Below are positions 17,891-26,258 of a DNA stretch of 52,409 nt, piece by piece (the stretch's first letter is position 1; each line of letters begins with the position of its first letter). The DNA comes from Actinomycetota bacterium (GTDB lineage Bacteria; Actinomycetota; Humimicrobiia; Humimicrobiales; Humimicrobiaceae), in assembly GCA_051744345.1 (NCBI GenBank), contig JBNJCW010000005.1:1-52409 (forward strand). The letters are read 5' to 3'. The position numbers and the translations under genes were made by a program. The notes below the pieces were generated by a model that worked only from the letters and a program-made list of their open reading frames with translations, ran no database searches and had not been told where the DNA came from.

Positions 17891-18208
17891 TTATTTCTTT
17901 TTCTTTTTTTCTATTTTTACTCCCAGTATTTCTTCTAGCTCTGCCAGTTTCTGCTCGTCTTTAAGCATGAAGGGACATTTGTCTTTTTGGGCTATTTTTG
18001 GGTTTTCTGCAATTGTTTTTACATACTCTTCGCAGCCTGCATAACCGCAGGCGCCGCAATCCTTTTTGGGCACTATTTCCAGCAGCCTCTGTATCTTTTC
18101 CGGTTTCTTTTTCTCTTTGGGCAGCAGGGTATGCACCAGGATAATCAGGATGCCCAAAAAAAGGGCTATGGCTACTGATGCCAGTATTATAATAATGGTA
18201 TCTATCAT
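17891..18208 (-). CDS. Membrane-anchored Fe-S protein (stand-alone RnfB N-terminal-type domain)
   Basis: N-terminal TM helix, then PKKDCGACGYAGC...KCPF; no ferredoxin domain follows. Confidence 0.78.
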   Translation of the reverse strand: MIDTIIIILASVAIALFLGILIILVHTLLPKEKKKPEKIQRLLEIVPKKDCGACGYAGCEEYVKTIAENPKIAQKDKCPFMLKDEQKLAELEEILGVKIEKKKKK

Positions 18209-18285
18209 ATCGGTTAATTATTTCCTTTTATTTTCTCTAAATTTTAGCTTATTTTAGAAACTGCAGCCAATGAAAATAAATTTGA

Positions 18286-18894
18286 CTACCTGTTCTTTAT
18301 CCTGTACTCTTTTGCCCTTTTGGCTATAAATGCTACTGTTACCAGCCCGAAAAGTACGGAGAAGATTACAAGTATGCCCAAATTAGCAAAATCTGTCCCG
18401 ATAAGGATTCCGTGTACGAAGCCAAACAGCAGAACCACATACATTAAGCCGTGGATTATCCTCCAGGGCTTAATTTTTCTCCTGAAAAGCGCAGCTATAA
18501 GGGCAATGTATAAAAGGATTAATGCAGGCCTTCCTGCATATACCCAGAAGCCCAGCCAGGAATCAAAAACAGGTACAAACACAGATAAATCCATAGCTTC
18601 TATGGCTGAGGAAATAGGGTGGAGGGTAATTAAAGCAAGGCCGGAGAATGCGAAGAAATGGTGCAGTTTGATAAACGACTTTCCAAAAATTTTGGTAATT
18701 TCTTTTAGGAAAGGGGTAAATGTGGCTGCTATGGCCATAGCGGTATAGCCCCACAGTGCAAACAGGCGAATAAAGAAATTAAATACAGTGGGTGGGGGAG
18801 CAGTCAGCTTAAGCAGGGCGATGGCTATAAAGATAAGAGCTATAAGGGTTAGTATAAGGTAGCCAATGGGGGTAATTTTTTTTGTTTTTGTCAT
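18286..18894 (-). CDS. Ferric-reductase-like / MsrQ-like transmembrane heme protein
   Basis: About 6 TM helices; His pattern KLHH...TLHP and WRIIH...FVHG; start may extend to 18936. Confidence 0.78.
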   Translation of the reverse strand: MTKTKKITPIGYLILTLIALIFIAIALLKLTAPPPTVFNFFIRLFALWGYTAMAIAATFTPFLKEITKIFGKSFIKLHHFFAFSGLALITLHPISSAIEAMDLSVFVPVFDSWLGFWVYAGRPALILLYIALIAALFRRKIKPWRIIHGLMYVVLLFGFVHGILIGTDFANLGILVIFSVLFGLVTVAFIAKRAKEYRIKNR

Positions 18895-19054
18895 GCTCGG
18901 ATCCTGTATATTAATGGTTAAAAATTTTGTATTCACTATTATTGAGAAGAAAGGCTTAAAATACCAGGAAAAATATATTATGCTGATTCTGGATCAAAAT
19001 CTTGGGATGAACGGATATTGATGGTTTTTGATTTAAGCTCCCTATTATCCATAC

Positions 19055-19456
19055 CTAAGGCTTTAGTCTTGTCAGGCCGAAAAGCTTGTCATAGTGGTTA
19101 TCATAGGAATATATTTTATCTACATTGGCTGCCTTCATATAGGCATAATTGTAGGCACCTATGAAATCGATATTGTTATCATTAAAAACAGCAATTGCCT
19201 TGAGCAAAACTGCTTTTTCCTTGAAACTAATATTGGGCGTATTTAAAATTAGCTCTACATTTTCACAAATTTCATCTTTTTGCCAGCCATAGAACCTGTC
19301 TAAAACCCAGACAATTTCAGCGATTACCATAGCATTGGAGGTGGCTTTAATTTTCCCGGATACTATATCTGAGAATAGTTCTTCTGCCTTTTTACTGATT
19401 TTTTCATCTTCTTTTTCAAAATATCTTAAAAATATATTGGTATCCAGAAAAATCAT
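19055..19456 (-). CDS. vapC: VapC-family PIN toxin
   Basis: IFLDTNIFLR, VIAEIVWVL, YSYDNHYD; ATGA-coupled to the antitoxin. Confidence 0.88.
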   Translation of the reverse strand: MIFLDTNIFLRYFEKEDEKISKKAEELFSDIVSGKIKATSNAMVIAEIVWVLDRFYGWQKDEICENVELILNTPNISFKEKAVLLKAIAVFNDNNIDFIGAYNYAYMKAANVDKIYSYDNHYDKLFGLTRLKP

Positions 19457-19695
19457 TCTGTTTCCTTTATGAGGGTGTTGGCAATATCCTTTTCCATCAG
19501 CTGCCTTACTTTTTTGTAATCAATTTTTTTATTAGTTTTTTTCCTATGGGCATCTAATAGAGATCCTTTTTTAACCTTAAATATGATTTGGCTTTCCCTT
19601 ACTTCAAACTCTCCGATATCTGATGGTTTGATATTAAACTTATCCCTGATTTTTTTGGGAATAGTTATCTGGCCTTTTGATGTTATTCTTGGCAT
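19453..19695 (-). CDS. AbrB/MazE/SpoVT-family antitoxin
   Basis: RITSKGQITIPKKIRDKFNI; AGGAGG SD. Confidence 0.9.
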   Translation of the reverse strand: MPRITSKGQITIPKKIRDKFNIKPSDIGEFEVRESQIIFKVKKGSLLDAHRKKTNKKIDYKKVRQLMEKDIANTLIKETE

Positions 19696-19876
19696 TGGTA
19701 TTACCTCCTTTTATATTCTTAATTATTACATAAATAATACTAAAAGTAAAAGTAATACCTAGCTGAATCTTTTTGTTGCAGCAGCTTATTTTATTTATAT
19801 TTATTTTCGTATATATTTATAGTAAAATATTATTTAGAAAATTTATTATATAAGAAAAGGTATTATAAAGCATAAT

Positions 19877-20536
19877 ATGAATTATAAGGCAGTTGCAGTG
19901 GCAGTAAGTATTATTCTTATGGCAGGATTATTAATCAATACAGGATGCAGCAATATGGAAAAAGAAGGAAAAACAAATAGTTACGGTTCTAATGAAGACA
20001 ATAACGGTTATGAAAGCGCAGTTATAGGAGGCGGTTGTTTCTGGTGCCTTGAGGCAATATTTGAACAGCTTAAAGGGGTTAAAGAGGTTGTGTCTGGCTA
20101 TGCAGGCGGATCTGTAGAAAATCCTACCTATTCCCAGGTTTGTTCCGGCAATACCGGGCATGCTGAGGTAATCAGGGTTACATATGATCCTAAAATAATA
20201 GGTTACAGGAAACTGCTTGAAGTATTCTTTTATATCCATGATCCAACAACCTTAAACCGACAGGGTAACGATGTGGGGGAGCAGTACCGGTCCATAATAC
20301 TTTTTAATGGTTTGCAGCAGGAAGAGATTGCCAAAGAACTGATATCTAAACTGGAAGAGCAGAATGTTTATGAAGATAAAATTGTAACCGAGCTAAAGCC
20401 TCTTGAGACCTTCTACATGGCTGAGGATTACCACCAGGATTATTATGAGAAAAATCCTTCCCAGGGATATTGCCAGGTGGTTATATCTCCCAAGCTGGGG
20501 AAATTTCAGGAAAAGTTTTCTGAGCTTTTAAAGTAA
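19877..20536 (+). CDS. msrA: Peptide methionine (S)-sulfoxide reductase with lipoprotein-type signal
   Basis: GGCFWCLE, GHAEV, HDPTTLNRQGNDVGEQYRS, AEDYHQDY, GYC; N-terminal hydrophobic stretch ending NTGC. Confidence 0.93.
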   Translation: MNYKAVAVAVSIILMAGLLINTGCSNMEKEGKTNSYGSNEDNNGYESAVIGGGCFWCLEAIFEQLKGVKEVVSGYAGGSVENPTYSQVCSGNTGHAEVIRVTYDPKIIGYRKLLEVFFYIHDPTTLNRQGNDVGEQYRSIILFNGLQQEEIAKELISKLEEQNVYEDKIVTELKPLETFYMAEDYHQDYYEKNPSQGYCQVVISPKLGKFQEKFSELLK

Positions 20537-20604
20537 TTATTTTCGTATGGCATTTTTTCTAGCCAGGCTATTTAAAGGAACCAGTTATTTTTTTCTTTAA
20601 CTGA

Positions 20605-21225
20605 TTATCTGTTTGTATATAATATTGCTTTTATAAAATTCTTTCTTGCATAAAATGCTCTACTTGTAGACCCATGTCCGGGGCCTTTGGTTCTTGCTTG
20701 AATCCATTTGCCATCTTTTCCTGTTAGGCTATCAAAACCATGGTTAATTAATTTATTTCTAATAAATTCGTAATCGGATTTTACTTCCTGAATAAGCTTA
20801 GAATCTCCTATTAGATCAATATTGTCAACCCTCAGCAGGTAAGATTCAGGCACATGGGTGCCGTGCCATGAAACTGCGCAGAAGATAATGGATTTCAATT
20901 TATGCCAGCAATGACTTTCAAAGAATGGAGTTCTTTCTAATTCTATAGGGTTTATCATTGTAATTGCCATAGTTTCCTTAGGAACCAGTTTTTTCTTTAC
21001 ATAATGGAACGCTACAGATTTTAATTCAAAATCTTCACCATTTGTTGCCTTTATACTATTATTATCTAATCCTGCTAATCTTTCTAAAAGCAGACCTTTC
21101 CAGCCCTTATTTTGCTTGCCATTTATAAAAGTAGTTATATTGTATTCTTCAGCTAAGTTGAATAAATTTTCATTAATATAGTTATTTAAATTTTTTAATG
21201 CTTCTTTTCTAGTTACTATTCTCAT
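20605..21225 (-). CDS. MutH/Sau3AI-family endonuclease, single domain
   Basis: NKGWKGLLLE...ELKS...KETMAIT...QARTKG...RAFYAR follows the MutH motif order. Confidence 0.82.
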   Translation of the reverse strand: MRIVTRKEALKNLNNYINENLFNLAEEYNITTFINGKQNKGWKGLLLERLAGLDNNSIKATNGEDFELKSVAFHYVKKKLVPKETMAITMINPIELERTPFFESHCWHKLKSIIFCAVSWHGTHVPESYLLRVDNIDLIGDSKLIQEVKSDYEFIRNKLINHGFDSLTGKDGKWIQARTKGPGHGSTSRAFYARKNFIKAILYTNR

Positions 21226-21324
21226 TATCTGAAGATTTTATCTAAATTTTTTATTACTTTAATATATTAAACAAGATTAATATTATTTTGACTTTTATCT
21301 TTAATTTAACAATAATAAAAAAAT

Positions 21325-21810
21325 ATGCAAGAAGAAGATGCCAATTTAATTTATAGGACTTCTGATAATGTCGATATTTATGTAGATAAAGGAATAAAAT
21401 CTGTAAATGATTTTATTGTAAAATACAGGCAGCCGGGGAAAAGAAAACGAACTCCAAAACATATTCACCTATTAATCGATTTATTGATAAAAAAATGTTG
21501 TGATAAAGAACTCACAATGAAATTTGTGAAAAAGCTATTTGGCACCTTACGCAAAATAGAACCGTCAAAATCTTTCCCTCCAAAATTTCAGTGTTTTAAT
21601 AAAGCTGATTATGATGTCTTTAATAAACTGAATAACTATGGAGAATATTCAGTAGAATTTCTAGCCGCAATTTTTGATTTGATAATGATACAGGAAAAGA
21701 CAAATTACCCAGACGGAATTTTAAATAAACAATTTTATAAAAGCTTTCTATCAGAGAAAGATATTTTTTCCCTAGTTAGTGCAGCGTCCTTCAGTGGTAG
21801 AAAGCGATGA
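21325..21810 (+). CDS. Hypothetical protein inside the R-M-like locus
   Basis: 161 aa open frame in AT-rich DNA; no family recognised. Confidence 0.7.
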   Translation: MQEEDANLIYRTSDNVDIYVDKGIKSVNDFIVKYRQPGKRKRTPKHIHLLIDLLIKKCCDKELTMKFVKKLFGTLRKIEPSKSFPPKFQCFNKADYDVFNKLNNYGEYSVEFLAAIFDLIMIQEKTNYPDGILNKQFYKSFLSEKDIFSLVSAASFSGRKR

Positions 21811-22162
21811 TATAAACGATCTCGATAGGTTGGTCTTCCTATATGCTTCTCTGCCTGATTCATCACCGATTATAAATCTTTGGTGCTAAAGTTATAAACC
21901 AGCCAACTGTTGTTCCTGTTTTTTTATAATAGATTTTAAATCCAATAATGAAAGTGAAAAACCAAAGTTGAAAAAGCAAGAATATTAAATGCAAGAGACA
22001 TCTAACATGCTTAAATCTTATCCTAGAAGACAAATTCAATAATTGCTGTGTGCAAGCGTTTATGCTAATGATAGATTTCTGATTATGTAATAAATAGGTT
22101 TTTCGGCAAAAAGTTTGGACAAGGTAATAGGGACTATAGTGATATACATTGTACAGGTGAAT

Positions 22163-22969
22163 TTACTGCTTGGATGGGTTTTTAAAATAAGTGCTGAACT
22201 TTATTGGATTTAGATTTTCGGAAGTTTCGGGTTTCCGGAATACAAATAAGTGTTCATGCATAATCAGTAAAAAATTGTATTTATCAGTCTGTTTTTGCCA
22301 GTAGGGAGTAGTTTTACAGTTATGCTGGACCTTAATGATATCTTCTTTTAAAACAAAACCATTTTTTAAAAAAACCTCCATTACAAAATAGGAGAGGGGT
22401 ACATAATGCTTTCTTTTTCTGGTATCACCTATAAGAATAGCGCAATAATGATTGCCTTTTAAAACGCGGTAGAATTCTTTTATACCTTTACCAAGTTCGC
22501 TGCAGAATTTATCAACGCTGGAAATATTTGAAAGATCACCAGATATTTGCCCATTGGAGTATTTTATTATGTTTGCATAGGGGGGATGGGTAACAATAAG
22601 GTCGATTGAATTATCTTCTATGCTGTTAAGCTCTCTAACATCGCCTATTTCCAAACAATGTGGACAGTCAGGAATTCCTTCAGGGACTTCAAAATTCATC
22701 GCTTTTTTAGTTATTTCAAGCATATCTGGATTAATGTCCATTCCTATAAAATTTCTGCCGGTTAATTTACATTCAATTCCTGTAGTTCCTCCTCCAACCA
22801 TTGGGTCAAGCACTATATCCCCCTGGTTGGAATACCGCTCTATAATGTTTCTTGGTATCTGGGGGGCAAAATTTCCCCTGAAGCTAGAATTATGGGTTGC
22901 CCAGTTTCCCCTTTGTGGGAATGACCATACAGATGTAATTTCTTTTTGAAAACTTTTGGTTAAGACCAT
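22163..22969 (-). CDS. Amino (N4-C/N6-A) DNA methyltransferase, HPPY type
   Basis: Motif I DPMVGGGTT before motif IV THPPY; N-terminal VWSFPQRGNWATH. Confidence 0.85.
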   Translation of the reverse strand: MVLTKSFQKEITSVWSFPQRGNWATHNSSFRGNFAPQIPRNIIERYSNQGDIVLDPMVGGGTTGIECKLTGRNFIGMDINPDMLEITKKAMNFEVPEGIPDCPHCLEIGDVRELNSIEDNSIDLIVTHPPYANIIKYSNGQISGDLSNISSVDKFCSELGKGIKEFYRVLKGNHYCAILIGDTRKRKHYVPLSYFVMEVFLKNGFVLKEDIIKVQHNCKTTPYWQKQTDKYNFLLIMHEHLFVFRKPETSENLNPIKFSTYFKNPSKQ

Positions 22970-22970
22970 A

Positions 22971-23909
22971 TTAGATATAATTTCTGATTATTAACTCTTT
23001 TATCGTCCCTCTTTTTGACCCAATGCAGTTAATGCTTCTTTTTGCAGAAATTCTTTCAATATAGTAGGAGCTGTATAGGTCGTCAAAAAAATTATCATCA
23101 GGGTTTTCATTTTTAGGGTCAGAATTGCTTAACATAAGATATGCGTCTTTTTTATCCATCCTTTTATAGAAATCAGCCAGCCTTTTTTGTTCTTCTTCGC
23201 CAAATGTCTCTTTGCTGTAGCTGGTAAAACTGGATGTGCCGTTTAAAGGCCTGTAAGGAGGGTCAAGATATACAAAACTTCCTGCACTAATATAATTGCC
23301 TGAATTTTCAAAATTATCACATATTATCATTGTGTTCCTAAGTGCTTTATGCGCTTCTTTTATAGTTGTCCTGTCACATATATTAGGGTTCTTATAAGAG
23401 CCGTGGGGGACATTAAAACCTCCATTTCTGTTCTGCCTGTAAAGGCCGTTGTAGCAGGTCTTGTTTAAAAAAATTAAATATGCCGTCCTCTGTATCCAGC
23501 CAGGATTATAGTCTTTATAATTAAACCCATTCTGCTGCTGGTTATATTTTTTCCTGATTTCATAATATATTTTTTTTCTCTGGTCGCTATTGTTGCTCAA
23601 GTAGTATTTTTCTAAATCACAAAGCTTTTCAATAAGTTTTTCAGGCCAATCCCTTACAACCTTATAGGCAAGAATCAATTCTTCATTTATATCAACTAAA
23701 ACCGCGTGCTCTATACGGTAAGTATTTTTTAGGAAAAAAAATAGGGCTCCGCCTCCCACAAAAGGCTCAATGTAGTTATCTATCCTGCCCTCTTTTTTTA
23801 TGCTGGAGGGAATCCGTTTAGCCAATTCAGGTATTAGCTGGCTTTTTCCTCCTGCCCACTTAATAAAAGGCTTAGCTTTTATATTACTTATTAGTTTTAG
23901 CTGATTCAT
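22971..23909 (-). CDS. Dam/DpnM-family adenine methyltransferase (probably GATC)
   Basis: KWAGGKSQL, EPFVGGGA, LNKTCYNGLYRQN...FNVP, YLDPPY, LSNS. Confidence 0.93.
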   Translation of the reverse strand: MNQLKLISNIKAKPFIKWAGGKSQLIPELAKRIPSSIKKEGRIDNYIEPFVGGGALFFFLKNTYRIEHAVLVDINEELILAYKVVRDWPEKLIEKLCDLEKYYLSNNSDQRKKIYYEIRKKYNQQQNGFNYKDYNPGWIQRTAYLIFLNKTCYNGLYRQNRNGGFNVPHGSYKNPNICDRTTIKEAHKALRNTMIICDNFENSGNYISAGSFVYLDPPYRPLNGTSSFTSYSKETFGEEEQKRLADFYKRMDKKDAYLMLSNSDPKNENPDDNFFDDLYSSYYIERISAKRSINCIGSKRGTIKELIIRNYI

Positions 23910-24121
23910 TTATCCAACAGATCATTTACTGTTACATTAAGGGCGTCTGCAATCCTGGTAAGTGTTTTAATGGTTGGATTATTGTTATTGCCTGTTTCAA
24001 TTTTTACCAGGGTTGTAAGTGTTATGTCAGCTAGCTTGGCCAATCTATCCTGGGAGATACCCTTTTTTTGCCTGTAGTTTTTGATATTAGTTCCAAGCGT
24101 ATTTTTCTGACTAACTTTCAT
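23906..24121 (-). CDS. XRE-family HTH regulator (R-M controller-like)
   Basis: NIKNYRQKKGISQDRLA...IETG...NPTIKTLTRIADALNV; ATGA-coupled to the MTase. Confidence 0.88.
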   Translation of the reverse strand: MKVSQKNTLGTNIKNYRQKKGISQDRLAKLADITLTTLVKIETGNNNNPTIKTLTRIADALNVTVNDLLDK

Positions 24122-24439
24122 TTTATTACTATAATAATAATTATTGTATTTTATTATAATATAAATAGATTGAGAAAATCAAATTGAAAAATTACCATAT
24201 CTGATATTATTATAGCATAATTATGCAAATACTTAAATATGTTTTTAGTCTTTAATAGAGGTTCGCTTTCGAAAGCAAGAATTATTTAATAGTAAAATAT
24301 TGGATGAAGGTGAAATGAAATACAAAAATCTGGTATAAAAATGGAATAGTTAAGAAATCATTATTTTTACAAAAAACTGCATACCATTTTACCCTATTCT
24401 ATGCTATATTATCCCTAGCTTGTTTTACAACTGAATAAT

Positions 24440-24583
24440 GTTCTGCTTTTCAAGGGAATCCAGTTAGAATCTGGAACGGTCCCGCCACTGTGTATGGGTG
24501 AGTATCCTTCGATACGCCACTGGCTGAAAGCTGGGAAGGCGAAGGGTAAAGTCCCATAAGTCAGGAGACCTGTCTGGCAGAAT
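24440..24583 (+). ncRNA. Cobalamin riboswitch aptamer
   Basis: AGGGAA-TCCAG/CTGGA hairpin, CGGTCCCGCCACTGT, GCCACTG...GGGAAGGC, B12 box AAGTCAGGAGACCTG; closing stem GTTCTGCT/GGCAGAAT; upstream of B12 genes. Confidence 0.92.
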
Positions 24584-24636
24584 AGAAATTACACCTCTTC
24601 GGCAGAAAGGGAGTAATTTTTTTATTTTAAAAAATT

Positions 24637-24678
24637 AAAGGCTCTCTGCTAAAAACGAAGTAGGGAGCCTTTATATTT
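24637..24678 (+). terminator. Riboswitch expression-platform hairpin (terminator-like)
   Basis: 14-bp stem AAAGGCTCTCTGCT / AGTAGGGAGCCTTT (with G-U pairs) followed by ATATTT, just before the cobO SD. Confidence 0.65.
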
Positions 24679-24694
24679 ACAGGAAGGAGTCTTT

Positions 24695-25222
24695 ATGGGA
24701 AGCCTTAAAAAAGGCTATACCCAGGTCTATACCGGAAACGGCAAGGGAAAGACCACTGCTGCCCTGGGGCTGGCACTGAGGGCTGCAGGCAATGGGATGA
24801 AGGTATTTATCGGCCAGTTTGTAAAAGGGATGGAATACTCTGAAATCAGGTCCCTTAAGAAGTTCAGTGACAATATAACGGTGAGGCAATTCGGCAGGGG
24901 ATGCTTTATAAAAAAGCATCCAGAAGATGAGGATATCAGGTGTGCTAGGGATGGTTTAGAGGAACTGAAGCAAGTAATCAGCGGCGGCAAATACGATGTA
25001 GTTATTTTAGATGAAATAAACATCGCCATCCATTTTAAGCTGCTGGGTGTTGAAGATGTAACAGGCCTTATGGAGAGGAAGCCGGAGGACCTGGAACTTA
25101 TACTTACCGGAAGGTTTGCCCACCGTGATATTGTGGAAAAGGCAGACCTGGTAACCGAGATGCAGGAAGTAAAACATTATTATCAGCAGGGCGTATTGGC
25201 CCGGGCTGGAATCGAAAGATAG
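24695..25222 (+). CDS. cobO: Corrinoid adenosyltransferase (CobO/BtuR), copy 1
   Basis: [39 protein letters not shown]. Confidence 0.93.
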   Translation: MGSLKKGYTQVYTGNGKGKTTAALGLALRAAGNGMKVFIGQFVKGMEYSEIRSLKKFSDNITVRQFGRGCFIKKHPEDEDIRCARDGLEELKQVISGGKYDVVILDEINIAIHFKLLGVEDVTGLMERKPEDLELILTGRFAHRDIVEKADLVTEMQEVKHYYQQGVLARAGIER

Positions 25223-25230
25223 GAGAGTAT

Positions 25231-26187
25231 ATGTTTGGCAAAAAATATTTAATGGGTATCTTTTCACTGATTATTTCCATAGCATTGATATTACCAGCAT
25301 GCGGCCAGACAGAGGCAGAAGCTGGAGGCTCTATAACCGTAACTGACGGCACAGAAGAGGAAGTGAGCCTGGAGGGAGCAGCAGATAAGGTAATTGTTTT
25401 TGCTCCCAGTGTGCTGGAAGTAATAGATGCCCTGGGAGCAATGGATCAGGTTATAGGGGTGGACAGCTGGAGCATTGAAAGCGGAGAGCCGCTGGCCCAG
25501 GGTTTTGAGGCTTACGGGGACTACAATGGCCCCAATATTGAAAAGATCACAGAGGCCCAGCCGGATGTAGTTATTAAGCTCTCCGGCTCTTCTGAAGAAG
25601 ATTATGACAGGCTGAGAGAGCTGGGCATAACCATATATACCGTTGAAGCCCAGAGCTTTGAAAGGGCTTATCAGGAGATAATAAACCTGGGCCAAATGCT
25701 GGGAAAAGAAGAGGAAGCCCAAAAGCTAAAGGATGAATTTGAGGCTGGAGTAGAAGAGGTATACCAGCAGGTAAAGGATCTGAGTGAAGAAAAAAAGCCT
25801 TTAGCCTTCTACCAGATATTTGATGATCCCCTGTGGAGCGCAGGCAAAAATACATACATAGATGACATGATAGAAAAAGCAGGGGGGATAAACATTGTGG
25901 CCAAAGACGGCCTGGACGGTTATGTGGAATACAGCGTAGAAAAGCTTCTGGAAAACAATCCCCAGGTTATGATTGCCGGAGACGGGGGGATGTATGAGGC
26001 AAGAAGCGGGGATATAATCCTGCAGGATGAAAGGTTTTCCAGCGTGGATGCGGTTCTGGAAGGCAATGTATACATTGTTCCGCAAAACCCGGTAGTAAGG
26101 CCCAACCATAACTCAGTAAAAGGGCTTAAGATGATGGCCATGGCTTTTCATCCCGAGATTTTCGGGCAGTTTGAGATAATTGAGTAA
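25231..26187 (+). CDS. btuF: Cobalamin ABC transporter substrate-binding lipoprotein
   Basis: Lipobox LPAC; class III SBP motifs (PNIEKI, AGGINI); riboswitch context. Confidence 0.85.
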   Translation: MFGKKYLMGIFSLIISIALILPACGQTEAEAGGSITVTDGTEEEVSLEGAADKVIVFAPSVLEVIDALGAMDQVIGVDSWSIESGEPLAQGFEAYGDYNGPNIEKITEAQPDVVIKLSGSSEEDYDRLRELGITIYTVEAQSFERAYQEIINLGQMLGKEEEAQKLKDEFEAGVEEVYQQVKDLSEEKKPLAFYQIFDDPLWSAGKNTYIDDMIEKAGGINIVAKDGLDGYVEYSVEKLLENNPQVMIAGDGGMYEARSGDIILQDERFSSVDAVLEGNVYIVPQNPVVRPNHNSVKGLKMMAMAFHPEIFGQFEIIE

Positions 26188-26258
26188 TTTATTTTTTGTC
26201 CCATTAATAATATCATATGGAGAGGGCACCGGTCCTCTCCATTGCTGAAAGGAATGAT

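Noticed and set aside
17891-18208. rnfB / Rnf complex
   Set aside because: Only the N-terminal Fe-S domain is present and no other rnf genes are in the window.
21811-22162. Remnant of a DpnII-type endonuclease downstream of the MTases
   Set aside because: Hand translation of the minus strand gave only short frames with no recognisable nuclease motif.
24130-24300. C-box operator for the controller gene; palindromes GCATAATTATGC and GCTTTCGAAAGC
   Set aside because: No GACT-N3-AGTC-type box seen; short palindromes in AT-rich DNA may be chance.
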